A stretch of 61,870 nucleotides of DNA, the filler included, from Limisphaerales bacterium (GTDB taxonomy: Bacteria; Verrucomicrobiota; Verrucomicrobiia; Limisphaerales; SIBE01), in NCBI GenBank assembly GCA_044225505.1. It is 6 parts of 6 records of this genome, joined end to end, with 100 filler letters (N's around TTAATTAATTAA, not from the genome) between each part and the next. Parts side by side here need not be neighbours in the genome. Positions count along the whole stretch, not along the records: positions 51,090 to 61,870 come from JBGAIN010000230.1; 5 more parts are not named here. One strand, 5' to 3'. Of this stretch, positions 61,301 to 61,870 are shown piece after piece (within the stretch, counting starts at the first letter, position 1; each line of letters starts with the position of its first letter). A program made the position numbers and the translations under genes. The notes beneath the pieces were generated by a model. The model worked only from the letters and a program-made list of their open reading frames with translations. It searched no databases and was not told the DNA's origin.

Positions 61301-61870
61301 ATCTTCCACTTCGCCTTCTTTCCCCAAACCTGTCGGACCGAGATTGCCTTCTCGACTCAAACGGAACCGAGCGAAGGTGTCGAGCGGCTTGAGATCGGCC
61401 GGAACGATGAACGTCAGTGTGTTTGCCCCTGGGACCAACGTCTGCGCTGTGAAGATCCTTTCGCCGGGCACGTTCCAGGTGCCGTCGCGGTTGAAATCGA
61501 TGAAGGCATCCAGTCTTCCTGAGGTGCCAGCGGGAGCGTTTAACGTCACTTTGATCTGAGCGGACTGCCCAATGATGAGCGGGTTCGTGATAAACTCCAC
61601 GCCATCCTCGTCATCGGTGGCACCCGCTTTATCGTCTCCGGTGGCGTCGGCCGAGACGAGAGCGTCCGTCTCGGAATCGACGAGTGGGCCAAGCGAAAAT
61701 CCTGAAACGATGATGTGGCGAGCGCCATCTTTCGCTAAGAGCGTGGGATAAGCCGGCGAGAAGTTCCCATCGGGGGCATCGCCAAAATCGAGGCGTTGCA
61801 CCGCCAGACTCAGGTTGCTCGTCGCGTTCCCGGCGGAGTTGCTCACTCGCACGGTGTATCGCCCTGCCTG
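58338..61870 (-). CDS. Large surface protein: 3x GEVED, IgGFc-binding-like domain, HYR-like domains, C-terminal 'FFRL' module; 5'-partial, broken by a deletion/frameshift near 59730
   Basis: DFGDAP...GEVEDY three times; KGSDFWLTFPGN, SSDGFLGLPTEVLGKEY; FGGHQCAD...CDYLVEQLLP in the shifted frame; CNPPSGSFFPAGTTTVVC. Confidence 0.85.

Overview
This window is not one locus. It is six ~10-kb contigs joined by artificial 100-bp linkers (N44-TTAATTAATTAA-N44 at 10376, 20855, 30812, 40979, 50990), so gene neighbourhoods mean something only within a contig. Gene content points to a GC-rich Verrucomicrobiota MAG (inference from VPDSG-CTERM proteins, a PVC-type CxxCH protein and GEVED/Calx-beta surface proteins). 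Contig 1 holds carbohydrate genes (beta-helix protein, GH30, GH32, ThuA) and several broken genes. Contig 2 is core-like: CarH-like B12-binding regulator, PmtA-like methyltransferase, atypical GH42, DciA, desaturase, rpsU, SDR, RlhA-like U32. Contig 3 has a large surface protein, then tRNA-Leu(TAA) followed by a decayed island (Phd-VapC, Tn3 remnant). Contig 4 has PrsW, a Tat oxidoreductase, a GEVED-sulfatase and a repeat-rich spacer. Contig 5 has a degenerate integron-like cassette array, a redoxin/cytochrome c/Cu-monooxygenase fusion and a PVC CxxCH protein. Contig 6 has a tRNA-Lys att remnant, integrase and IS remnants, a tandem pair of VPDSG-CTERM genes, a MITE and a GEVED/IgGFc protein. 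Best leads: (i) a ~60-80 aa 'W..L..W..F(Y/F)RL' module, 8 copies in 6 extracellular-type proteins, mostly C-terminal but twice inserted into loops of Calx-beta domains (candidate sorting/anchoring system); (ii) paired VPDSG-CTERM genes with identical ends and a divergent core at an island boundary; (iii) a GH42 lacking its acid/base Glu; (iv) an IS4-like MITE inserted in REP loops; (v) attC-like cassettes. All family assignments come from motif recognition by eye; no searches were run.
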